Below are positions 30,877 to 41,012 of a stretch of DNA of 64,000 bases, piece after piece. The notes under the pieces were generated by a model that was not told the origin of the DNA, ran no database searches, and was given only the letters and a program-made list of their open reading frames with translations. The position numbers were made by a program, and so were the translations under genes. Position 1 is the stretch's first letter. Each line of letters begins with the position of its first letter. This DNA comes from Candidatus Eiseniibacteriota bacterium (GTDB lineage: Bacteria > Eisenbacteria > RBG-16-71-46): positions 3,488,001-3,552,000 of the forward strand of contig OY970342.1 in assembly GCA_963717505.1 (NCBI GenBank), in the 5' to 3' direction.

Positions 30877-33800
30877 GTGACGCACCGGGAAGCGTCTCAG
30901 ACGTCCCATCGTTTCCCAGGCGCCGCGAGCCACGGTGCCTGGGCGGCGATTGCCGTCGCCCTCATGCTGGCGGCGCCGGCCTCGCGCGCCGAACTCTCCT
31001 TCGGCGCATCGGCCTCGAGCGCGGGCTCTCCTTCGGCGCACCGATCTACTATCCGAGCGGCAGCTTTCCGAACTCGGTGCTGCTCGCGGATCTCGACCGC
31101 GACAACGATCTCGACGCGATCGTCTCGGGGACCTCGAGCAACATCGTCACCCTCTCCTGGAACCGTGGCGACGGTGTGTTCGAGAATCGGGTCGACTACC
31201 CGGCCGGAGTGCCGGTCTATGCGACCGTGGGGGACTTCGACGGCGACTCGTGGCCCGATGTCGCGGTCGCGGGCTGGGGCGGTTCCGTGACGATCCTGTA
31301 CTCGCCAGGGGAAGGATCTCCGACGATCGTCAATGTCACGGTCGGTCAGAACCCACGCTCGATCACCGCACTCGATCTGGAGGGCGACGGCGATCTGGAC
31401 CTGGCCGTGACCCGATACTCCGCGGGGACCGTGGCCTTGCTCGTGAACACCGGCGGGGTCTTCGCGCTCGGCAGCGAGGTGCCGGCGCGTCCGGCCAAGT
31501 CGATCACGGCTGCGGACATCGATGCCGACGGGAGGCCGGATCTGATCACCGGCAGTCACGAAGGCTACGTGACGATCCTGCGCCAGACCGGCGCTGGCGG
31601 CTTCGCGCGAACCGATCTCTCGGCCGGGGGAGTCGTTTCGATGGCCGTCGCCGTCGATCTCAACGGCGACGGAAGGCTCGACCTCGCGACCGCGAACGAG
31701 GACAACTCGGCTTCCGTCCTCTTGAACCTGGGCGGCGGCGCCTTTGCGCCCCGGGTCCTGTACACGGTGGGCAACCTGGCGCAATCGCTCGACACCGGCG
31801 ATATCGACGACGACGGCGACATGGATCTGGTGGTCGCGAACTACTCGCAAAGCACGGCTTCGATTCTGCTGAACAACGGGGCGGGGGCGTTCCCGGAGAT
31901 ACAGGCATTCGCGGCGGGGGAGCGACCCCGTGACGTGGTTGTCGGGGACGTCAACGGGGACGGGCAGCTCGATCTCGCGACGTCGAATGACCAACCCGCG
32001 GGTTCTTTTGCCATCGTTCTCAACACGGCCATCGTGGGCAACGAGGGTTTTCTTCCAGCGGTCTCCTATCCGACCGGCATGACTCCCTACGCCATCGCGC
32101 TGGGCGACCTCGATCGCGACGGCGATCCCGATGCGATCGTGTCGTGCGCCGTGGCGCGTGCCATCACGGTTTCCATGAATCAGGGGAACGGCACCTTCGC
32201 CAGTCGCGTCGACTACCCCGCGGGCCTCGCGGTTCACGCGGCCGTCGGGGACTTCGACGGCGACTCGTGGCCCGACGTCGCCGTGGCCGACTGGGACGGA
32301 ACCGTACGCGTCATGCGGTTCGTGAACGGAAGCCTGGTGTCTTCGGCGACCGTTTCCCTATCCGGCAACCCTCGAGCCGTCGTCGCCGTGGACCTGGACG
32401 GCGACGGCGATCTGGATCTCGCGGTGGCGCGTCACGGCATCCAGGATGTCGCGCTGCTGTCCAACAGTGGGGGGGCGTTCACCCACACGGGGACGATTCC
32501 GGTGCCGCAACCCAAGTCGGTGACGGCGGCCGATCTCGACTCGGACGGCGTCCCCGAGGTCATCTCGGGCAGCCCGCAGGGCAGCGTCTCGATCCTGAAG
32601 CGGAATACGGCGGGGTCCTACGTCGCCACGACGCTCACCATGGGAAGCCTGGTCTCGATGGTCGTCGCGGCGGATCTGGACGGCGACGGCCATCTCGATC
32701 TAGCGACGGCGAACGAGTCCTCGACCGCCTCCGTTCGAATGAACCTCGGCAACGGCACGTTCGCCCCGCGCACGAACTACACGATTGGTCCCCTGGCACA
32801 GAGTCTGGGGGTCGGCGACGTGGACGTGGACGGCGATCCCGACCTGATCGTCGCCAGCTACACCGCTCAGAGCGTTCGTGTGCTGTACAACTTTGGCGGC
32901 GTGTTCCCGGCGAACCTGGACTTCGCAACCGATGGTCGTCCCCGCGGCCTGGTGGTCGGTGACGTCAACGGGGACGGGGCGCCCGATCTGGCGGCCGCCA
33001 ACGAGACCGCACTGGGATCCTTCGCCATCCTGATCAACAAGGAGTACGGCGGAGTCACGCTGACTCCGGCGGCCGGGGCCCCGGGGATGGTGGTTCGAAT
33101 CCGCGCATTGGGGCTCAATGGGACCTCCGAAGTGTGGTTCGGAGAGACGCCGGCGATGTTCCAGGTCGTGGCCGACACCCTGGTTGAAGCCGAAGTCCCC
33201 GAGGGCGCTCGCACCGGCCCCGTCCGTGTGCATACGCCTCTTCGGGTGATCCACGGTCCCGTGTTCATTGTCAGTCCCATGATCCTGTCGTTCGTTCCCA
33301 CAGTGGCGCCGGCGGGCGGGGCGGTGACGCTGAGTGGCTACAACTTCGCCACCGTGGATACGGTTCGGTTCAACGGCGCGCTGGCTCTGTTCACAATCGT
33401 CTCGGATGAAGAAATCCAGACCGAGGTCCCGCTCGACGCCACCGACGGACCCATAACGGCCTGGAACCCGGGGGGGACGGGCACATCAGCGGGTCCGTTC
33501 GACGTTGCTCCCTTCCCGGCACCGCAGATCATTCACTACACGCCTTCGGCGATGCCAGGCGACACCGTCACGATCCTCGGCCACAACTTAGGAAGAACGA
33601 TGCAGGTCTCCTTCAATGGTGCGGTCGCACTCTTCACCGTCATTTCCGATGAGCAGATCGAGGCGACCGTGCCCCCCGCCGCCACGAGCGGTCCGCTGTT
33701 CGTGACCAATCCGGGCGGAACCGTCAGCGCGGGCTTGTTCATTGTCGGCCCACGCGTTCTCGGCATCAATCTGTCGTGGAACGACTGTGGGGTCGCAGGC

Positions 33801-35984
33801 GATTCCGTGAAGACGTTCGCCTGCGACACCAACACCGGCGTGGACCATCTGGTCGCCACGTTCGTGCCGCCGAGGGGCATCAATCGTTTCGTCGGCCTGT
33901 CCGCAGATCTCAGGATAGCGGCGACCTCGCTTCCGGACTGGTGGAAACACGGTGCGGGTCAATGCCGCCCGGGGGGGAGCCTGGTCCCGGAGTTCGACGT
34001 CCCTGGCGAAGCCTGTGCCACGGCGTGGCCGGGCACCCAGGCCGGAGGGTTCTCCTACGAGCTCGGAAGCTATGGAGCGAACACGGCTCGACTCCGGCTT
34101 CAGGCGGCGGTGCCGAGCGAAGAAGCGTTCGCGCTGGTGGACGGACTCGAGTACTACGCCTTTCGCGTCCGGGTCGCGCGCGCCAAGACCACGGGCGCGG
34201 GCAGCTGTGCCGGGTGTCTCGTGCCCGTCCAGGTCCGACTCGAGAACATTCAGCTCTTTCAGCCGGCCGACGCCAATCGCGACCCGCTCCTCGACGCGCC
34301 GATCCATGGCGCGACCGCCTATTGGCAGGGGATCACTGGGGCGCAGCCCCAAATCGCGAGCATCACGCCCGCGGCGGGGCCACCCGGCGCCGGAGTCACC
34401 ATTCTCGGAGCCGGACTCTCGGCCGCCTCGGCCGTGCGTTTCGGGAACACCGAAGCCGTGTTCGCCCAGGTCTCGGACTCGCAGCTCAGCGCCACGATTC
34501 CAGGCGGCGCGCGCACCGCGCCGGTTCGGGTCACGACCCCGTTCGGAAGCGCCGTCGGCGGCGGTGACTTCATCGTTTCCCCCGAGATCGACTTCTTCCT
34601 GCCCGAGCAGGGTCCCGAGGGATCCGAAGTCACGATCTTCGGCCACAACTTCGGCACGGCGACCGCCATCGCATTCCACGGCGTGCCGGCGGCGTATGTC
34701 ATTCAGACAGACACCTCGATCGTCGCCACGGTTCCCGCGGGAGCCACCGAGGGTCCGATCACCGTGACCAATCCGGGCGGGGCGACCGCTTCGTTCGAGT
34801 CCTTCCGCCTCGGACCCTCGGCGGGGGTCTTCAACCTCTCCTGGGATGAGTGCGGGCTCGCAGGGGGCGAGATCAAGACCTTCGCGTGCAACACGAACTC
34901 TGGTTCGCCGTTCACGCTGGTCGCCTCGTTTGCCCCGCCGGCCAACGTGACGGAGGTCACAGGTCTCTCGGCCGACATTCGCGTGTCGTCCCCGGTGTAT
35001 CCGGACTGGTGGAAGTTCGGGCTGGGGGCATGTCGCCCCGGAAGCCAGCTGTTCGCCAGTGCTGGTTTCGCCACGAACGGCGCCTGCAGCGACCTCTTGC
35101 ACTCGAACGGGGCTAGCGGCAGCTCCGTGGGGTACACGGCCAGCTACTACGGTCCGGGAACCGCGCGACTGTCCATCCTCATGTCGTTCCCGGCGCCCTC
35201 CGCCACCCTGGATCCGACGCGCGAGTACTACGGGTTCAAGCTCAACATCGGGCGCCAGCGCACGGTGTCCGACGGCGCCTGTGCCCATTGCGATCGCCCG
35301 GTCGCGTTGGCGCTCGAGCAGATTCGGATCCATCGCGCGGGCGGAGCGGAAGACGTCGCGATCACATCGACGTTCCGCCGTTCCGCGGCACTCTGGCAGG
35401 GGACTCCGCAACCGCCGCCCGATCTGAGTTCGTTCTCGCCGCCCGGCGGGGACGTCGGCGCGCAGGTGGACCTGCATGGCGTTCGTTTCGCGGGCGTCAC
35501 GTCGGTGCGATTCGGCGCGGTCGAAGCCGAGTTCACGATCAACTCGAACGCCCTGATCACGGCCCTGGTGCCCGAAGGCACGGCATCCGCGCCGATCGAG
35601 ATCACCAGTGTGTACGGTTCGGACGTTAGCCAGGGACCGTTCATCTTCGCTCCCGACATTCGAGACGTGGCGGCTGACCCCAGCTCCGATGAGACCCGAG
35701 CTCGCAACGAGATCCCCGAGGTTTTGGCGCTCGATCGCGTGGCCTGGGACGCCGGCGCCAGCGCCCTCGCGGTCACCGTGGCCCTGCCGCGCACGGGCCC
35801 GGCGTCGTTCGAAATGTTCGATGTCAGCGGCCGGCGTCTGGCTGGCCAGCGCCTCGATGGTCTCGGAGCGGGCACACACGAGCTGAGCCTCCGGCCGAGC
35901 GTGCCCTTGCGGCCGGGTGTTCATTTCGTGAGGTTGACGCTGAACCGGGAGACGGTCTCTCGGCGGTTCGTGGTCGTGCAGTAG
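30877..35984 (+). CDS. Array gene F: secreted protein with 14 FG-GAP/VCBS repeats, 6 IPT/TIG domains, 2 Cys-rich domains and a T9SS-like tail (one frameshift near 31023)
   Basis: GGAGG, GTG 30877 and a signal peptide ending ASRA. Fourteen DxDxDGxxD motifs occur in the 31077..35984 ORF, which ends RRFVVVQ. Confidence 0.88.
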
Positions 35985-36041
35985 ATCGCGCGTTCGGCGG
36001 TTGACAGATCCCGCGCCGATCGGGCTTACTCGTCCGCTCAC

Positions 36042-36117
36042 GGGCGCTTAGCTCAGCTGGTAGAGCACTTGCTCGACAAGCAAGGGGTCACTGGTTCAAG
36101 TCCAGTAGCGCCCACCA
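36042..36117 (+). tRNA. tRNA-Val(GAC)
   Basis: Cloverleaf with acceptor stem GGGCGCT/AGCGCCC, D arm GCTC/GAGC, anticodon stem CTTGC/GCAAG with loop TCGACAA, T loop TTCAAGT and encoded CCA. A TTGACA hexamer lies at 36001. Confidence 0.93.
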
Positions 36118-36197
36118 TTGTGTTCGCGGGTCCCGGGGGGCGTTCGGCCCGTCCGGAGGCACTCGCGACCCCGGCCGCACCCACGAGGATCCCGAGC

Positions 36198-37979
36198 ATG
36201 TCCATGGCGACCGCGTCCGAAGACCGGCCCGAAGTCGCCGGCTACCCCGGCGGCGAGCAGCTCTACCGGCTGCGCCACTCGGCGGCCCACGTGCTCGCGA
36301 CCGCGGTCACCGAGCTGTTCCCCGACGTCAAGGTCGCCGGCGGCCCGCCGGTCGACAACGGCTTCTACTACGACTTCGCGCGCGCGACGCCGTTCACCCC
36401 CGAAGACCTCGAGCGCATCGAGGCGCGCATGCACGAGATCGTCGCCGCCGACCAGCCGTTCGAGTTCCGCGAGACCACCCGCGACGAGGCGCGCAGCGCC
36501 GGTTCGAGGCGGCGGGGGAGAAGTACAAGCTCCACTTCCTGTCGCAGATCCCGGCGGACGCCAAGGTCACGTACTACGTGAACGGCCCGTTCCTCGACCT
36601 GTGCCGCGGCCCGCATCTGACGAGCACCGGCGAGCATCGGCGCGTTCAAGCTGACCCACGTCGCCGGCGCCTACTGGCTGGGCAGCGAGCGCAACGAGAT
36701 GCTGCAGCGCATCTACGGCACCGCGTTCGCGACCCCGGCCGAGCTCGACGAGCACCTGAAGCGCGTCGAGGAGGCGCTGCAGCGCGACCATCGCCGGCTG
36801 GGCCGCGAGCTGGACCTGTTCTCGATCCACGAAGAGGTCGGCGCGGGGCTGGTCCTCTGGCACCCCAAGCTCGGCATGGTGCGCCACCTGATGGAGCAGT
36901 TCTGGAAGGAGGAGCACCTCAAGCGCGGCTACCAGCTCGTCTACACGCCGCACATCGCGAGCGAGAAGCTCTACGAGATCTCGGGGCATCTCCAGAACTA
37001 CGCCGACCTCATGTACTCGCCGATGGACATCGACGGCCAGCCGTACCGGGCCAAGCCGATGAACTGCCCGGGCCACATCATGATCTACAACACGCGCAAG
37101 CACAGCTATCGCGACCTGCCGATCCGCATGGCCGAGCTGGGCACGGTCTATCGCTACGAACGGAGCGGCGTGCTGCACGGCATGGAGCGCGTGCGCGGCT
37201 TCACCCAGGACGACTCGCACATCTTCTGCACGCCGGAGCAGCTCGCCGACGAGGTCGAGGGCATTCTCGATCTCATGGACTTCCTGCTGCGCGCCTACGG
37301 CTACGAGTACACCGCGCTACCTGGCGACCCGCCCGGCCGACAAGTACCTGGGCAGCGACGAGGAGTGGGCGTTCGCCACCAACGCGCTGCGCCAGGCGCT
37401 CGAGCGGCGCGGGCTGCCCTACGAAGTCGACGAGGGCGGCGGCGCGTTCTACGCGCCCAAGATCGACGTCAAGCTGCAAGCGACGCGATCGGACGCGAGT
37501 GGCAGTGCCCGACCATCCAGGTCGATTTGAACCTGCCCAAGCGCTTCGGCGTTCACTACATCGGCGCCGACGGCCAGGAGCACGAAGTCATCATGCTGCA
37601 CCGCGCGCTCTACGGTTCGCTCGAGCGCTTCGCCGGCATCTACATCGAGCACACGGGCGGCGAGTTCCCGGTGTGGATCGCGCCGGTCCAGGTGGTGGTG
37701 ATTCCGGCCAACCCCAAGGCACTCGACTACGCGGCCGACACGGTGCGCATGCTGCGCGAGGCCGGCGTTCGCGTCGAGGTCGACCTGCGCGACGAGAAGA
37801 TGGGCGCCAAGATCCGCGACGCCGAGCTGCAGAAGATTCCCTACATGCTGGTGGTCGGACCGCGCGAAGCCGAGGCCGGCACCGTGGCGCCGCGCCGCAA
37901 GGGCGCGGGGCAGCTCGAGCCGATGACCCGCCAGGCGTTCATCGAGCGGGTGCTCGAGGAGAGTCGGACCCGGGCGTAG
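36198..37979 (+). CDS. thrS: Threonyl-tRNA synthetase, short form without the TGS domain (frameshifted, probably indel errors)
   Basis: Motifs [56 protein letters not shown] and [11 protein letters not shown]. Confidence 0.93.
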
Positions 37980-39447
37980 CGGATTCGATCCGCTCCGGCG
38001 GCGCCAGCACCCACTCGGGCCGCGTGCGATACCCGGTCACCGGCCAGAACACGTCGTCTCGGTCGAAGGCCCGAGCCACCCGCCGGTACCCGGCCTCCTC
38101 GGCCTCCTCCAGCAGCCAGTCGCGACCGTCGAGGACAAGCACGCTCCAGGCATGGGTTTGCAGCGAGTCCTTCACCGTCTGCCAAAGGACTTGCTCGAAG
38201 GCGTGGCGGCGCACGCGAACCACGTCCATCAGCGGCGCGATATGCGCGTTCACCGGGCTGCCCGCAAGGCGGGCAAGGTAGGGGTGCGACGAGACGAATA
38301 CCGAGCCCTCGGGCGTCGCGAGCCGCCGAACCAGGTCCTCGCCGGCGGAGCGGTCGGCCGCCGTCGGAATTTCCCGCAGCGGATTGCGAACCAGCAGCAG
38401 GAACTGAAGGCAAAGAACCAGTGTTGCCGCCGTGCGCCGGCGCCCGGGCTCGAGGCTCCGGAGCCAGCCCCAGCCCAGACCTCCGGCGATCGCGACACCC
38501 AGGACCGAAATCAAGAGCACGTTCTCGCCGGCGCCGGCATAGGTGCGCAGGTGCCAGCCACTGAGCAAGAATCCAGCGATCAACGCCGACGAGAATCCGA
38601 CGTCGCCCACCCTCGAGCGCATCCGCGTCCACGCACCGACAACGCCCAGAACCAGAGCCGGGAGCAGCGGCGCCATCTCGACCAGGAAGCGCCCGGCGAG
38701 CACCGGACTCAGCGCGAACTTCCTCGGCACGGTGAACGCGTAATAGCGAAACCAGCCTTGATGGGCCGCATCGAGCGCGAACCAGGCGGCACCCGAAAAC
38801 ACGATGAACGCGATCGCCGCTGCGATCCCACGACGAAAGTCCCGCCACACGACCCAAGCCAGGAGAGGTGCGAGCGCCACCGGCGTCGATTGTTTGGTGA
38901 GAAAGGCGAGGGCCCACAGGAGACCCGCCACCACCGCCGCCCCGTGGCCGGTGCCAAGCCGATAGGTGCAAGCGCCGGCGAGCAACAACGCGAGCTGCAG
39001 GCTGTCGCCCCGTCCGATGTCGAGCCAGCCCTCCGCCAGATGATGCCCGGCCGCAAGCAAGCCCGCGGCAATCCATCCGGCCGACCGGCTGCCCGTCTCG
39101 CGGGCCACCATCCATCCGGCGAGCACCAGGGTGGACGCCGCCGAGAGCACCGAGACCAGCCGCAGCGCGGCGAAGCCCGGGCCCACGGCCCAGCTCGCGG
39201 CCGCCGAAGCCCAATAGAAGAGGGGCGGGTAGTTGAGCGGGACGTACCCGAGTCCGGGCGCCACGTAGAGCGCTTCCCCGGCCCGCACCCGCAGCACCTG
39301 CTCGAGTACCGCGCCTTCGAGCCAATCGAGCTCGAAGGGGTAGGTCATGCGCGACGCGGCGACCCAGGCAACAACTCCTAGGTTCGCAAGCCCGAGCGCA
39401 AGGGCCAGGAGACCCAATGCGTCGGGCCGGGGGCGAGGTCGGGTCAA
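37939..39447 (-). CDS. ArnT-like GT-C membrane glycosyltransferase
   Basis: YPFELDWLEG, NYPPLF, GRGDSL, LTKQS and about 11 TM segments. Its 3' end overlaps thrS convergently by 41 nt. Confidence 0.75.
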   Translation of the reverse strand: MTRPRPRPDALGLLALALGLANLGVVAWVAASRMTYPFELDWLEGAVLEQVLRVRAGEALYVAPGLGYVPLNYPPLFYWASAAASWAVGPGFAALRLVSVLSAASTLVLAGWMVARETGSRSAGWIAAGLLAAGHHLAEGWLDIGRGDSLQLALLLAGACTYRLGTGHGAAVVAGLLWALAFLTKQSTPVALAPLLAWVVWRDFRRGIAAAIAFIVFSGAAWFALDAAHQGWFRYYAFTVPRKFALSPVLAGRFLVEMAPLLPALVLGVVGAWTRMRSRVGDVGFSSALIAGFLLSGWHLRTYAGAGENVLLISVLGVAIAGGLGWGWLRSLEPGRRRTAATLVLCLQFLLLVRNPLREIPTAADRSAGEDLVRRLATPEGSVFVSSHPYLARLAGSPVNAHIAPLMDVVRVRRHAFEQVLWQTVKDSLQTHAWSVLVLDGRDWLLEEAEEAGYRRVARAFDRDDVFWPVTGYRTRPEWVLAPPERIESATPGSDSPRAPAR

Positions 39448-39461
39448 GGCGCCGAGCCCCC

Positions 39462-39490
39462 TTGCACGGGCGCGCAGGCCCCCGTAGACT
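39462..39490 (+). promoter_or_regulatory. Sigma70-type promoter for the infC operon
   Basis: TTGCAC-N17-TAGACT directly ahead of the structured leader. Confidence 0.6.
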
Positions 39491-39506
39491 GCGCCAGCAA
39501 TCGTAC

Positions 39507-39685
39507 GAAGCAGAAGCCCCTTCGGCTTCTCACCCCCGCGGACCGTCGCCCGAAACGGCTCGGCTTTCCGCTCAAGGGTTCATGTTCCGGCGCCGACGCC
39601 GGGTCCCATGGGGACCCCCCGGCAGCCGGATGGACGCCGGGTGGGATTCTGTTCGCGCGAGGATCCCGCCCGGCGTTTCGCATTT
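39507..39685 (+). promoter_or_regulatory. L20-leader-like cis-regulatory RNA with attenuator hairpin
   Basis: GAAGCAGAAGCC-CCTTC-GGCTTCTCACC resembles the L20 leader core. An 18-bp hairpin at 39633-39677 is followed by TCGCATTT, and the element lies upstream of infC-rpmI-rplT. Confidence 0.6.
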
Positions 39686-39750
39686 CAGGCGGGGCGTGCG
39701 TAGCACGCGACGCCGGGTCGATCAGGAGCCCCATACACGCGGAGGTCCAC

Positions 39751-40368
39751 ATTACCGTTCAGCGGGTGCCCGAAGTACGGGTCAACGAGCGCATCAGAGT
39801 CCCCCAGGTGCGCGTCATCGGAGATGACGGTACACAGGTAGGTGTGCTTGCCACGCGCGAGGCGCTCGTCCTCGCACAGTCCAAGGGTCTGGATCTCGTC
39901 GAAGTCTCGCCGACAGCACGGCCGCCGGTCTGCCGGATCATGGACTTCGGCAAGTTCAAGTACGAGCAGAATCGCCGGGCGCGCAAGGCCAAGAAGAAAC
40001 AACATCATATGCAGCTCAAGGAAATCAAGATGCGCCCGAAGATCGACGACCATGACTACGAATTCAAGGTGAACCACGCGCGTCAGTTCCTAGTGGCGCG
40101 CGACAAGGTGAAATTGACCATCATGTTTCGCGGACGCGAGCTGGCGCGCATGGACGTCGGCCGACAGCTGGTCGAAAAAGCGATCGCCGAGCTGAGCGAC
40201 GTCTCGACCGTCGAGGCGAGCCCGCGGGCCGAGGGCCGAACGCTGACCGCCGTCCTGATGCCGAAGCCCGCGAAACCGGGAGGCCGTGCGGACGCCCCGC
40301 ATGCCGCCGACGCGGCCAGCCCCGCACCGTCACCCAGCGTCCGCATGGACGCCGGTTCCAAGGAGTAG
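39751..40368 (+). CDS. infC: Translation initiation factor IF-3, probable AUU start
   Basis: VNERIRVPQVRVI, DLVEVSP, IMDFGKFKYE and MFRGRE. An in-frame ATT at 39751 follows GGAGGT. Confidence 0.95.
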   Translation: MTVQRVPEVRVNERIRVPQVRVIGDDGTQVGVLATREALVLAQSKGLDLVEVSPTARPPVCRIMDFGKFKYEQNRRARKAKKKQHHMQLKEIKMRPKIDDHDYEFKVNHARQFLVARDKVKLTIMFRGRELARMDVGRQLVEKAIAELSDVSTVEASPRAEGRTLTAVLMPKPAKPGGRADAPHAADAASPAPSPSVRMDAGSKE

Positions 40369-40372
40369 AACG

Positions 40373-40570
40373 ATGCCGAAACAGAAGACCAACCGCGCCG
40401 CCGCAAAGCGCTTCAAGATCTCGGGCAGCGGCAAGGCGACCCGCGCCCATTCCGGCCTCCGGCATGGAATGATCGGCAAGCGCCGCACGCGCAAGCGCCG
40501 CCTGCGCGGCACGTCATTGGTGGCCGAGCCCGACCAGCCGCGCGTGTTGCGACTGCTCGGCAAGCGCTGA
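40373..40570 (+). CDS. rpmI: 50S ribosomal protein L35
   Basis: MPKQKTNRAAAKRFKISGSGK, with an AGGAG RBS, between infC and rplT. Confidence 0.95.
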   Translation: MPKQKTNRAAAKRFKISGSGKATRAHSGLRHGMIGKRRTRKRRLRGTSLVAEPDQPRVLRLLGKR

Positions 40571-40649
40571 TTCGAAACCACTCGACTGAACAACGATCCT
40601 TCCGCGGCCGGGAATCCCTCGCGACCGGCGGAACCCCAGGAGAATCGTC

Positions 40650-41006
40650 ATGCCACGCGCAAAAACCGTCGTTCCGGGCCGCGCCCGCCGCAAGAAAGTT
40701 CTCAAGCGGGCGAAGGGTAACTACAGCGGTCGCCGGAAGCTCTACAAGACCGCCCTGCAGACCGTGCAGCGAGCGGGCCAGTTCGCCTACGAGCATCGCC
40801 GCACCAAGAAGCGTGACTTCCGAAGTCTGTGGATCGTCCGGATCAACGCCGCGGCGCGGATCAACGGGCTCTCGTACAGCACGCTGATCTCGGGCCTCAA
40901 GCGCGCCAACATCGAGGTGAATCGCAAGCTGCTCGCCGATCTCGCGGTGCGCGACGAAGCGGCGTTCGCGAAACTGGCGGAGGTGGCGAAGGCCGCGGTA
41001 GCCTAG
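40650..41006 (+). CDS. rplT: 50S ribosomal protein L20
   Basis: MPRAK...[18 protein letters not shown]...[10 protein letters not shown]. Confidence 0.97.
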   Translation: MPRAKTVVPGRARRKKVLKRAKGNYSGRRKLYKTALQTVQRAGQFAYEHRRTKKRDFRSLWIVRINAAARINGLSYSTLISGLKRANIEVNRKLLADLAVRDEAAFAKLAEVAKAAVA

Positions 41007-41012
41007 CGGCCC

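Noticed and set aside
9267-35984. Multiheme cytochromes suggested by repeated CxxC
   Set aside because: The motifs are CxGC or CAHC without the following His (no CxxCH), which fits disulfides better.
9267-36117. Array as a tRNA-integrated genomic island or prophage
   Set aside because: No integrase, transposase or phage gene is present, and I saw no duplicated tRNA fragment at the left edge. The array lies 5' of the tRNA.
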